A DNA stretch of 43,645 nucleotides from an uncultured Bacteroidales bacterium (GTDB lineage Bacteria; Bacteroidota; Bacteroidia; Bacteroidales; UBA932). The DNA lies in the NCBI GenBank assembly GCA_905235775.1, contig CAJOMY010000001.1:1-43645 (forward strand), read 5' to 3'. The notes below the pieces were generated by a model. The model was given only the letters and a program-made list of their open reading frames with translations, was not told where the DNA came from and ran no database searches. Position numbers and translations under genes: made by a program. Shown here one piece after another: positions 8,359 to 15,625 of this stretch. The first letter of the stretch is position 1, and the number at the start of each line of letters is the position of its first letter.

Positions 8359-8616
8359 TCATTTCGCTGCCGCTGCCAGGGCTTCCTCATACGGGCAGCC
8401 GATCACGTCGCAGTATTTTTTCAGCGCACCGATGTTCCACTGGTTGGCAGGCTTGCCGATCTGGTGCCGCACGTTTTCCGCCGTGACGCCGAGCTTCTTG
8501 CCGATCTGCTCGCTCGTCAGCCCGGAGGCCAGCTTGTAGCCGCGCAGCGTCGCCGCCAGGGCGTTATACGGTTTCGGCTTTTTCTTTCCCGTCCCCAGCC
8601 AGGTCACTTTCGGCAT
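8359..8616 (-). CDS. XRE-like HTH DNA-binding protein
   Basis: GLTSEQIGKKLGVTAENVR HTH pattern. Confidence 0.7.
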   Translation of the reverse strand: MPKVTWLGTGKKKPKPYNALAATLRGYKLASGLTSEQIGKKLGVTAENVRHQIGKPANQWNIGALKKYCDVIGCPYEEALAAAAK

Positions 8617-8677
8617 GGTTATGCACCTCCTTTCTGTGAGAATTTGGGAGGGGGAACGCCCCCCCCCGATTTGAAAA

Positions 8678-9400
8678 TCAGACCATCACAACGACGACGC
8701 CCATCTCGATCTCGTCGTGCAGATGCTCCTCGAAGTAGGCCTTGATGAGGTCCTTGGCCTCCATCTTCCAGATGCCGCCGTCTGCCTCGAAGAGCCCGAC
8801 GTCACCGGAATCGTTCAGGCGCAGGATGAACTCGCTCTCCGGCTGTGGGACCTCGCGGAACGTGCGGAAGGGCTGCATCGAGAGCCGCTGCTTGACGTTT
8901 TCGTTAGAGAACAGAGAGACGCCCTGCCGGGTGACGACCGTCTGAGAGACGCCGTTATCGGTGCTCTGAACGCCCTGGTCGCAGTTGATCCGGGAGATCA
9001 GCCCGATCAGGTACTCGCTGTCCTCCGTGGGGAGAAAGCGGCTCTTGAGCTCGATAATGGCCTCCTGCTGGCTGCGCCATCCCGTCTTGAATCCCGCGTC
9101 TGCGCACTTTGCCTCGTATGGATATTGGCGTTTCTCCCTTTCATCGGGCCGGGTGAACACCGCGACATTCTCATGATCGTTGATAAGAATGAAGACCGGC
9201 TCTGTCCCGTCGGTGTAGTCGCCCAGCTCCGCCCTGACCATCTTCACGATAGCGTCGAGGCTGCCGAAGTGGACGGTGTTTCGGTAAAACTTCGGGGCCT
9301 CCACAAGGACGAGCTGATGATCGGAAAAGTGTTTGCCGTCGAACTCATAGGTCTTGTTGTCCTTGAGGCCGACAAGATACTGAATTGCTTCTTTAAGCAT
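8678..9400 (-). CDS. Conserved hypothetical phage protein
   Basis: DNGVSQ..PFRTFREVPQPESEFILR..LFEADGGIWK; coupled with the upstream 124 aa gene. Confidence 0.8.
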   Translation of the reverse strand: MLKEAIQYLVGLKDNKTYEFDGKHFSDHQLVLVEAPKFYRNTVHFGSLDAIVKMVRAELGDYTDGTEPVFILINDHENVAVFTRPDEREKRQYPYEAKCADAGFKTGWRSQQEAIIELKSRFLPTEDSEYLIGLISRINCDQGVQSTDNGVSQTVVTRQGVSLFSNENVKQRLSMQPFRTFREVPQPESEFILRLNDSGDVGLFEADGGIWKMEAKDLIKAYFEEHLHDEIEMGVVVVMV

Positions 9401-9413
9401 GGTTTTTCCTCCT

Positions 9414-9788
9414 TTAATTCGATGATGCGACAAGTTTGAGAATCTTCGGCTGTTCCTGCTCCCCTCCGCTCATATCGAACTGGCCGGGGATCTGCGGGAC
9501 CATTTCCGCGACGACCATCTCGCCGTTGCCGTCCGCGGCAATCATCATGGACGTGGCCACGGCTGCCGTCGGCGCGAGGGTGGACTTCGCTTCCGCCTGA
9601 ACGGCGATGTGCTTGCGCTCCGCGTCCGGCTGGAATACCAGGGTGATGGTGATCTTGCGCTTGGCTTTCGGGTCCGTGTTCAGGTCGAGGATGTTGTCGA
9701 TCACGCGGGTAACCTCAAGATCCACGCGCTCCTCGATGGCGCCGGACGCCATGCGCAGGATGCTGTCACGCTCGAGCTGTTTGCTCAT
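9414..9788 (-). CDS. Conserved hypothetical phage protein
   Basis: GAIEER..NILDLNTDPKAKRKITITL, QIPGQ; strong RBS. Confidence 0.8.
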   Translation of the reverse strand: MSKQLERDSILRMASGAIEERVDLEVTRVIDNILDLNTDPKAKRKITITLVFQPDAERKHIAVQAEAKSTLAPTAAVATSMMIAADGNGEMVVAEMVPQIPGQFDMSGGEQEQPKILKLVASSN

Positions 9789-9816
9789 GGGCTTTACCTC
9801 CTTTCTGTTGAGATCA

Positions 9817-9881
9817 TGGTGACGGGGGACGGGGTTGAACCGCCCGGCAGGAGCCGACCCTGCCGGGCGCCGGAGCCCATC
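9817..9881 (-). ncRNA. tRNA-like element lacking a D-arm, ending in ACCA
   Basis: Minus strand GATGGGC..CGGCAGG-GTCGGCT-CCTGCCG-GGCGG-TTCAACC-CCGTC-CCCCGTC-A-CCA. T-arm geometry is canonical and the acceptor stem pairs 6 of 7. Confidence 0.55.
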
Positions 9882-10071
9882 ATTTGAAATAGTTCAAGCC
9901 TGGATAATCCTTGATCGCAAACGCCTTGACCTGCCCTCTGTCCCGATAGGTCAGGAACTTATTACCGGGTTTCCCCCGGAAGGCCACGACGCACAGAACT
10001 GGCTCGTGGCCTTCCTTCTGGATGCTGACGGTATCGCCGATCAGCAGGGCCTTCACTTGAGCTGCGGTCAT
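9880..10071 (-). CDS. Hypothetical protein (MTAAQVKALLIGD...)
   Basis: ATGA overlap with the upstream small ORF. Confidence 0.6.
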   Translation of the reverse strand: MTAAQVKALLIGDTVSIQKEGHEPVLCVVAFRGKPGNKFLTYRDRGQVKAFAIKDYPGLNYFK

Positions 10072-10157
10072 AAAAACACTCGGACGATCAGCTGCCCCGC
10101 GATGGCCCCGAACAGCATGGAGATAAAAGTGCAGATGTACCACAAATAGTTTTTCAT
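10068..10157 (-). CDS. 29 aa single-TM peptide (MKNYLWYICTFISMLFGAIAGQLIVRVFL)
   Basis: Manual translation with GGAG RBS; coupled on both sides. Confidence 0.55.
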   Translation of the reverse strand: MKNYLWYICTFISMLFGAIAGQLIVRVFL

Positions 10158-10379
10158 CTACTCCACATCCTCCTGCCCGAGCTCCGCCAGGTACTCCAGC
10201 GTGATCCCCTCGGCCTCGAGCTGCTTGCCCTTCTTCTCAAGCATGCGCAGCTGATACATGTACTGCCTGCGGCGGTTGCGGATCGCCTCCTCCCGCCGCG
10301 CCAGCTTCACATACGGGCTGCTCTGCAGCCGTTCGATTTCTTCCTCCACGGCCTCGTCCGTCAAAAATTCTCTCGGCAT
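10158..10379 (-). CDS. Hypothetical phage protein
   Basis: 73 aa, RBS AAAGGAGG. Confidence 0.75.
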   Translation of the reverse strand: MPREFLTDEAVEEEIERLQSSPYVKLARREEAIRNRRRQYMYQLRMLEKKGKQLEAEGITLEYLAELGQEDVE

Positions 10380-10394
10380 CGTCTTTTCCTCCTT

Positions 10395-10526
10395 TCACAG
10401 AAATACCATCATGCAGATCAGCACCGCCGGGACAGCCAGCACCAGTGCGATCTCGCCCAGCATCGCCACCGTGGCGAGCCAGGCCGCGGCGACGATTGCC
10501 GTCACCGCAAGCTTTGTCCATTGCAT
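10395..10526 (-). CDS. 43 aa hydrophobic membrane peptide
   Basis: MQWTKLAVTAIVAAAWLATVAMLGEIALVLAVPAVLICMMVFL with AAAGGAG RBS. Confidence 0.6.
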   Translation of the reverse strand: MQWTKLAVTAIVAAAWLATVAMLGEIALVLAVPAVLICMMVFL

Positions 10527-10549
10527 GAATACTCTCCTTTCTTTACCTC

Positions 10550-10578
10550 TTGCATCCCCCTCCCGTTTCGTGTATAAT
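10550..10578 (+). promoter_or_regulatory. SigmaA promoter TTGCAT-N17-TATAAT
   Basis: Near-consensus hexamers with a 17 bp spacer. Confidence 0.75.
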
Positions 10579-10583
10579 CCACG

Positions 10584-10668
10584 TGGTGCTGCTGCTATCA
10601 GCACCCTCTCCCTTCGGTGTGGGAGAACGGAAGACGTCTGCACTTCGGTGTGGGCGTCTTTTGTATTT
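10584..10668 (+). ncRNA. Putative sRNA of about 80 nt with three hairpins, antisense to the early lytic transcript
   Basis: Promoter, hairpins at 10585-10605, 10607-10626 and 10631-10660, then a T-rich tail; no ORF on this strand. Confidence 0.65.
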
Positions 10669-10681
10669 GCAAAAATCTTCA

Positions 10682-10719
10682 AGGCGGGGATTAATCAAGT
10701 GAACAATTAGCGTTAAGCT
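10682..10719 (+). promoter_or_regulatory. AGGCGGGGATTAA-N19-TAAGCT promoter motif (opposite orientation to the other three copies)
   Basis: Same 13-mer and spacing as at 1742, 22495 and 29835. Confidence 0.65.
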
Positions 10720-10750
10720 GAAAACACATCTTTGAGGGGAGGTGAAAATC

Positions 10751-10903
10751 ATGGACGAGATCAGGATCAAACTCGCAGTCTGGGAGGCCATTCTGAATGC
10801 TCAGAAAAAGAGCGGAGATAAAATTACAAAAGAAACTCTGCTCAATGCAATCACGGCTGGAATTGCTGAATATGATCGAATGAAGAACAACAGCAAAGAA
10901 TAA
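10751..10903 (+). CDS. 50 aa protein (MDEIRIKLAVWEAILNAQKK...)
   Basis: Strong RBS GGAGGTG and a downstream hairpin at 10910-10945; below the ORF-track size cut-off. Confidence 0.7.
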   Translation: MDEIRIKLAVWEAILNAQKKSGDKITKETLLNAITAGIAEYDRMKNNSKE

Positions 10904-10992
10904 TCCATGGAAGGGCCTGCGGCACGCAACGCCGTGGGCTCTTTCCCGTCCATGACTTACATCTCCCCTCGAATGTTTACTACTGTAAACTT

Positions 10993-11187
10993 TCAGCTTA
11001 AAAAAATTTCGCTCACAGGATATCCAAGCGCATTAGAGAGAGCCAGAAGCGTACTGACTTTGCAGTCCACCTTCTGATTGGTCTCCAATTTGGATATCAT
11101 TGTGCGCGAAATTCCTGATTTTTCAGCCAATTCGGCCTGGCTCATACCAAGATTTTCTCTTATTTCCTTCACTCGGTTAGCGATCAT
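10993..11187 (-). CDS. cro: Cro-like XRE repressor
   Basis: MSQAELAEKSGISRTMISKLE; divergent from cI. Confidence 0.88.
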   Translation of the reverse strand: MIANRVKEIRENLGMSQAELAEKSGISRTMISKLETNQKVDCKVSTLLALSNALGYPVSEIFLS

Positions 11188-11208
11188 TTATCTCACCTCC
11201 TCAACGCA

Positions 11209-11237
11209 AGTTTAACACAGTAAACACCGCTTGTCAA
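11209..11237 (-). promoter_or_regulatory. Lytic promoter TTGACA-N17-TAAACT (TGn extended -10)
   Basis: Read from the reverse complement. Confidence 0.8.
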
Positions 11238-11268
11238 CACTTTTCGTATACTGTGTTAAACTTTTTTC

Positions 11269-11297
11269 TTGACAGCATGCATCTTGATTTGTATAAT
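11269..11297 (+). promoter_or_regulatory. Lysogenic promoter TTGACA-N17-TATAAT
   Basis: Perfect sigmaA consensus upstream of cI. Confidence 0.9.
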
Positions 11298-11325
11298 AAA
11301 GTGAACCGAAAGCGAGGTGATTCCC

Positions 11326-11739
11326 ATGAAGCTACAAGATGTAATAAAGCAATATCGAGAAGAAAATAATCTTTCCATGCAGGAATTCGCAGACAGAGCA
11401 GGCCTGAGCAAAGGATATATTTCCATGCTTGAAAGTGGGAAGCATCCCAAGAGCCAACGACCGCTGAGGCCGTCGCTTCCAACATATCAGAAGATTGCTT
11501 CTGCTATGAATATGCGATTGGATGACCTACTGAAAAAACTGGATGGAGAAGAGCCGGTTTCGCTAGGCTCTAAAACAACTCAGTTTAGTGAAGAGGACGC
11601 CGAGCTCCTCGCCTATCTTGACATGCTGCGCACGCGGCCAGAGTGCCGCGTCTTGCTGGACACCCTCAAGGGCGCGACGAAGGAAGAGGTCGAGGCGAAC
11701 GTCAGGTTTATCGAGGCCCTGCGCCGGGAGGAGAAATGA
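11326..11739 (+). CDS. cI: CI/ImmR-like XRE repressor (no S24 peptidase domain)
   Basis: LSMQEFADRAGLSKGYISMLE HTH; followed by an ImmA-like protease gene. Confidence 0.88.
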   Translation: MKLQDVIKQYREENNLSMQEFADRAGLSKGYISMLESGKHPKSQRPLRPSLPTYQKIASAMNMRLDDLLKKLDGEEPVSLGSKTTQFSEEDAELLAYLDMLRTRPECRVLLDTLKGATKEEVEANVRFIEALRREEK

Positions 11740-12122
11740 AGCGCGAGCTGATCGAGAATGTCGACTATTTCCTCCACTATGTTCAGTTTCCGAACCGCGC
11801 CAATCCCTCCATGGTCTTCCCGAATGACGACGGGACCTTCGATATCTACCTGAACACCCTCTTTGACAAGGACTTTCTGCGCCGGAAGCTGGAGCACGAG
11901 CTGGAGCATCTCTACGACGAGCATTTCTATGTTGATCTTCCCATCGAGACGATCGAGCGCCAGGCGGACGGGGAATCCGTCCTTGCCGCCGTCGTCTCCC
12001 CTCCCCCCGGCAAGATCGCGCACTTCCCCTCCGAGGCGGCCTTCGCCCACTGGGTGAAGACCGTCGCCGCCCAGACCGGAACGGATCTCCATCTCTCAGA
12101 TATGAGAAAGGAGATAGTATGA
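11736..12122 (+). CDS. ImmA/IrrE-like Zn metallopeptidase (anti-repressor)
   Basis: NDDGTFDIYLN..LEHELEH (HExxH), overlapping the cI stop codon. Confidence 0.8.
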   Translation: MKRELIENVDYFLHYVQFPNRANPSMVFPNDDGTFDIYLNTLFDKDFLRRKLEHELEHLYDEHFYVDLPIETIERQADGESVLAAVVSPPPGKIAHFPSEAAFAHWVKTVAAQTGTDLHLSDMRKEIV

Positions 12123-12418
12123 AAAAAGTCATCGCTGTTTTGATCGTTTTTGCTTCGCTTTTCCTCTGCTCCTGTGGATTCGACACGTCCATTTATGACA
12201 AGGCTTATAATGAGGGATATGAGGATGGTTATGAGGCTGGAAGGTGTGCAGACAGGGAAGACGCAGATGATGAATCATGGGATAAAATGAATACCGCGGC
12301 TGAATGGATAGGAAAAGCGATCGCCATGATGGACGATTTCGACACCGGAGACTTTACCGTGGATGACATCTATGACGCACTGTGTAAAGCGGATAACGCA
12401 TTGAAGGGTAGTGTATGA
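12119..12418 (+). CDS. Acidic lipoprotein
   Basis: MKK, hydrophobic signal and lipobox LCSC; YNEGYEDGYEAG repeat. Confidence 0.75.
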   Translation: MKKVIAVLIVFASLFLCSCGFDTSIYDKAYNEGYEDGYEAGRCADREDADDESWDKMNTAAEWIGKAIAMMDDFDTGDFTVDDIYDALCKADNALKGSV

Positions 12419-12789
12419 AAGAGAAACTGATATGGGCCGCTGAGCATTGGTTCCTTTTGCCGGTCGCTGCTTTTGCCGTGATGGTTATCCTCTCAATAGC
12501 TGGTGTGCGCGGACCGGCTCCAGAAGCGGAAGATTCCTATGCCGGCATAGATATAGTTTGGCAGGAAACGCCGCGGTCAACTTGCTTCTCTTACGTCGGA
12601 TACGATGAAGATAACGAAGTTCTGGCTCTTGTGTTCCGCGATAATGATTCGAGAATATATCTGTATGCGGAGTTCCCGGCAGCTGAATATCATGCCTTTA
12701 TGAGCGCAGATTCTCTTGGAGGCTATTACAATAAACATATCAAAGGGGAATATCCATCAGAGAGAATCGATGATATAGACGGGTGGTGA
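12415..12789 (+). CDS. Membrane-anchored KTSC-domain protein
   Basis: N-terminal TM, then STCFSYVGYD..L.LVF....Y.Y..FP...Y..FMSADSLGGYYNKHIKGEY. Confidence 0.8.
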   Translation: MKEKLIWAAEHWFLLPVAAFAVMVILSIAGVRGPAPEAEDSYAGIDIVWQETPRSTCFSYVGYDEDNEVLALVFRDNDSRIYLYAEFPAAEYHAFMSADSLGGYYNKHIKGEYPSERIDDIDGW

Positions 12790-12883
12790 TGAAATGATCT
12801 GCCGCAACTGTGTGTATTTTGGCAAGGTGCTGCTGCATCAGCGCCTGCCGCAGCCGGAGTATATGTAAGGGAGGACAATATTT

Positions 12884-13309
12884 ATGAAAGAAAAGCCGGA
12901 AGTAGGAAAGGCCATTTTGTTTTCTCTGGTAGGAATTGTTGCTTTTATTCTTTGCGAGATCGTTGTCACTCTGGTCATTGGATTATTATTTGCGCTTTTT
13001 CTTCACATTCCCATTCTGAAAAATGTTGTTAGTTTCATTTTCAATATTCGCGGCGACACTCCGGACTTTTTAGCTCTTTTAATTGGAATCGTTGCCGCAT
13101 ACAACGCAGTAGTTTGGATGATATCTCGATTCTGCAATAGCAAAGCGACGGAGAGCCTGTCGCTGGAAATATGCGGTATAACCCTTTTCGTTTTTCATGT
13201 CTTATTCTTCTTCGTTAATCTTATTGGTCATAACGGGATAACTGCAAATATTTTAACTTTGATCGCAGCTTTTATTATGGCAATGCGAGGCGTATCAATG
13301 AAGCAATGA
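12884..13309 (+). CDS. Multi-pass membrane protein (AT-rich gene)
   Basis: About four hydrophobic helices; overlaps the integrase start. Confidence 0.75.
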   Translation: MKEKPEVGKAILFSLVGIVAFILCEIVVTLVIGLLFALFLHIPILKNVVSFIFNIRGDTPDFLALLIGIVAAYNAVVWMISRFCNSKATESLSLEICGITLFVFHVLFFFVNLIGHNGITANILTLIAAFIMAMRGVSMKQ

Positions 13310-14424
13310 TCTGTAAATACTGTCACAAAGACGGGCTGCCGGACCGCGCTCTCTTCTGTCCCTGGTGTGGGGAGAAACAGATCCGCGCCCGCAAGAAAAA
13401 GGAAGAGCCCAAATACCCCAAATTTCGCGTTCTGGCGGACGGGACGCTGCTGGGGCAGGTGATGATTGACGGTCGGCGGGAAACGATCAAGGCGGCTGAC
13501 GAGGCCAAATACCGGGCCAAAATCGACGGGCTGCGCACCGGCGTGATGGAATTGAAAGCGCACCCGGAAAAGCGGCCTCTTGAGAAGGTCCTCCGGGCCT
13601 ATATCGACAAGAACGATGAAGTCCTCTCCCCCGCCACGATCCGCGGCTATGAAGTGATATACAAAAACCGCTTCAAGTCCTACATGAAAAAGCCCGTCGG
13701 CGAAATCGACTATCAGAAGATGATAAACGCTGAGGCGAAGATCGTCGCGCCAAAGACGCTTAAGAACAGCTGGGCGCTTGTGACCGCTGCGTTCCGCGAT
13801 GCCAAGATCCCGGTCCCGGACGTCAACCTTCCCCAGGTGCCGGAGAGTGACGAGGACTTTCTGGACTATGAGCAGATCCAGGTGTTTCTTGAGGCCATCC
13901 GCGGCGACACCTGCGAGGTCGCCGCGCTGCTGCTGCTTCACAGCCTGCGCATGTCGGAAGTCCTGAAGCTGGACGCCGCCGAGGATATCAAGGACGGCAT
14001 GATCTATGTTCGCGGCGCTGTCGTCCCCGATAAGAACAACAAGCTCGTCGAGAAGAAGACAAACAAAAACAGGACCTCTCGAAGAGAGATCCCGATCATG
14101 ATTCCGCGCCTGATGGAGATCCTTCCGACAGAGGGGAAGGCCGTCACCGTCTGGTCATCCACCGTCAGCAAGCATATCATCAAGGCGTGCGTGCGTGCCG
14201 GCCTGCCGTCCTGTTCTCCCCACGACCTGCGCCGCTCCTTTGCGTCGCTGGCCTATCATCTGAAATGGTCGGAGCGCACCGTGCAGGAGATCGGCGGCTG
14301 GAACGACCTGAACACCGTGCATAAAATCTATGTCAAGCTGTCCCGCAAAGACGTAAACGCCGACGTAGAAAAGATGAAAAATTACTACCAAATTACTACC
14401 ACTTCTTCAAGCCAAGCAAAATAA
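13306..14424 (+). CDS. int: Tyrosine integrase with N-terminal zinc ribbon
   Basis: CKYC..CPWCG; SLRMSE (R), HDLRRSFAS (HxxR), GGW, KIYVKL (Y). Confidence 0.93.
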   Translation: MICKYCHKDGLPDRALFCPWCGEKQIRARKKKEEPKYPKFRVLADGTLLGQVMIDGRRETIKAADEAKYRAKIDGLRTGVMELKAHPEKRPLEKVLRAYIDKNDEVLSPATIRGYEVIYKNRFKSYMKKPVGEIDYQKMINAEAKIVAPKTLKNSWALVTAAFRDAKIPVPDVNLPQVPESDEDFLDYEQIQVFLEAIRGDTCEVAALLLLHSLRMSEVLKLDAAEDIKDGMIYVRGAVVPDKNNKLVEKKTNKNRTSRREIPIMIPRLMEILPTEGKAVTVWSSTVSKHIIKACVRAGLPSCSPHDLRRSFASLAYHLKWSERTVQEIGGWNDLNTVHKIYVKLSRKDVNADVEKMKNYYQITTTSSSQAK

Positions 14425-14640
14425 CAGCGTTTTTACGCACATGGAAAAGGGTTCAAGTCCCTTCTCCCGCACCAGATAAACAGTCCGATTTGGTTATCAA
14501 ATCGGACTGTTTCTTTCATTTTTCAGCATCTTTCCCATTGAAAAAGTTCGTTTCCGTTTTGGCCGTAGTAATGGTGTATAGCCCGGAAAACACACCAGAA
14601 AAGCCATCTAAACACGCAAATTTACTACTAAATTACTACG
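14379..14640. other. attP: tRNA 3'-end core (14447-14474) flanked by ATTACTAC-type arm sites
   Basis: Core AAGGGTTCAAGTCCCTTCTCCCGCACCA. Arms: AAATTACTACC at 14379 and 14390, inverted GTAGTAAT at 14565, TTACTAC at 14622, AAATTACTACG at 14630. Confidence 0.88.
14478..14520 (+). terminator. Intrinsic terminator after the att core
   Basis: AAACAGTCCGATTTG-gttat-CAAATCGGACTGTTT followed by a T-rich run. Confidence 0.85.
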
Positions 14641-14651
14641 GCTTTTGAAGC

Positions 14652-14682
14652 AAAAAGGAGGCGGTTTCCCGCCTCCCCTTTT
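14652..14682. terminator. Bidirectional terminator closing the cassette
   Basis: AAAAA-GGAGGCGG-tttc-CCGCCTCC-cc-TTTT. Confidence 0.75.
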
Positions 14683-14683
14683 G

Positions 14684-15100
14684 TTAACCGCGGAGCTCCC
14701 GCAGGACCTGACCGACAACACGGCGCGTGTAATCGTCGCCGGTTCCCTTCAGCTCCTCGAGCTTGCGAATGGCGTCTTCGCTGGGACCATCCGCCCATGC
14801 GCGGCCACGCTCGACGGCGAATCTGCCGCGCCCATCACGGCGCTCAGATCCTTCCTCGCCCATGTAGCCGGACATGCCGCCCTCATAGGAGCGCCCGCTC
14901 ATGCCGTTGGCATAGCTGCGGCGCGACATGCGGTTGCTGTACTCTTCCTCCTCGGATGCCTCGATCACCTTGCACAGGTTTTTGGTCGCGTGAGCAAGGG
15001 TGTCGATCATGGCGAGAGAGGACGCATTGATCTCGCCCTTCTTGGCGAAGCCCTCCAGCTCCTCCATGAGCTGTTTCTTGAGTTCATAAAGAGCGTGCAT
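14684..15100 (-). CDS. Cassette helical protein with an RRDGRGRF motif
   Basis: Start MHALYELKK with RBS AAGGAGG. Confidence 0.8.
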   Translation of the reverse strand: MHALYELKKQLMEELEGFAKKGEINASSLAMIDTLAHATKNLCKVIEASEEEEYSNRMSRRSYANGMSGRSYEGGMSGYMGEEGSERRDGRGRFAVERGRAWADGPSEDAIRKLEELKGTGDDYTRRVVGQVLRELRG

Positions 15101-15119
15101 TTTGAAATCCTCCTTCCTT

Positions 15120-15611
15120 TCAGCTTCTGATGCCAGCAAAGTCAAAGACCAGGTTGGCATTGAGCACATTGATAGGCTGCGCGCTGATGTTCCTGACAGA
15201 GACCGAGCTGCAGCGGCAGATCCACGGCACCGACACGATGATGTCAGCGCCGACGTTATCGCCGGTAACGTCGGAGACGAGAGGCACCGTCACAGTCATA
15301 ATGCTGCTCGGGTCGATCTCCCCGTCGATGACAATTGCGAGGCTGATCGGCTCCACCGTCCCGGCTGGGTCGGTGGGCACGGAGATGTTGCAATGGAAAG
15401 CGCACTCGTAGTTTGCAGAGGGGAGCGGCCCGCAGCAGCACGACCTACGGAAGCTGTAGCCCATTGTCGTGGGAGACGCCAGGCGAAACAGCCCGCTTTC
15501 GTCCCGGTGGTAGATCAGGCCTCGATTGCAGGGGACAGGAGATTCCGTGAAGATGACGCTGCCGTTGGGCTGCACCACTTGGAGTGCATTGGCACTGTAC
15601 TCAGCAGCCAT
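15120..15611 (-). CDS. Cassette beta-rich, Cys-rich protein (possibly BclA C-terminal / C1q-like jelly roll)
   Basis: MAAEYSANALQVV..PCNRGLIYHRDESG..SVSVRNIS..NANL; the fold is inferred only. Confidence 0.7.
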   Translation of the reverse strand: MAAEYSANALQVVQPNGSVIFTESPVPCNRGLIYHRDESGLFRLASPTTMGYSFRRSCCCGPLPSANYECAFHCNISVPTDPAGTVEPISLAIVIDGEIDPSSIMTVTVPLVSDVTGDNVGADIIVSVPWICRCSSVSVRNISAQPINVLNANLVFDFAGIRS

Positions 15612-15625
15612 GACGTCACCTCCTA

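Larger units (their letters stand above)
10975..11261. promoter_or_regulatory. Three operators GTTTAC-N4-GTAAAC (10975-10990, 11210-11225, 11246-11261)
   Basis: GTTTACtactGTAAAC, GTTTAAcacaGTAAAC, GTATACtgtgTTAAAC; the second overlaps the cro promoter. Confidence 0.75.

Noticed and set aside
10585-10660. Mini CRISPR array from the CTTCGGTGTGGG repeat
   Set aside because: Only two 12 nt copies separated by 19 nt and no cas genes; better explained as sRNA hairpins.
10790-10953. Minus-strand ORF MDGKEPTALRAAG... after cro
   Set aside because: It overlaps the better-supported plus-strand 50 aa gene and its hairpin. It cannot be excluded but is unsupported.
14447-14474. Functional tRNA gene
   Set aside because: Only the T-arm and 3' acceptor strand are present; it is interpreted as the attP core.
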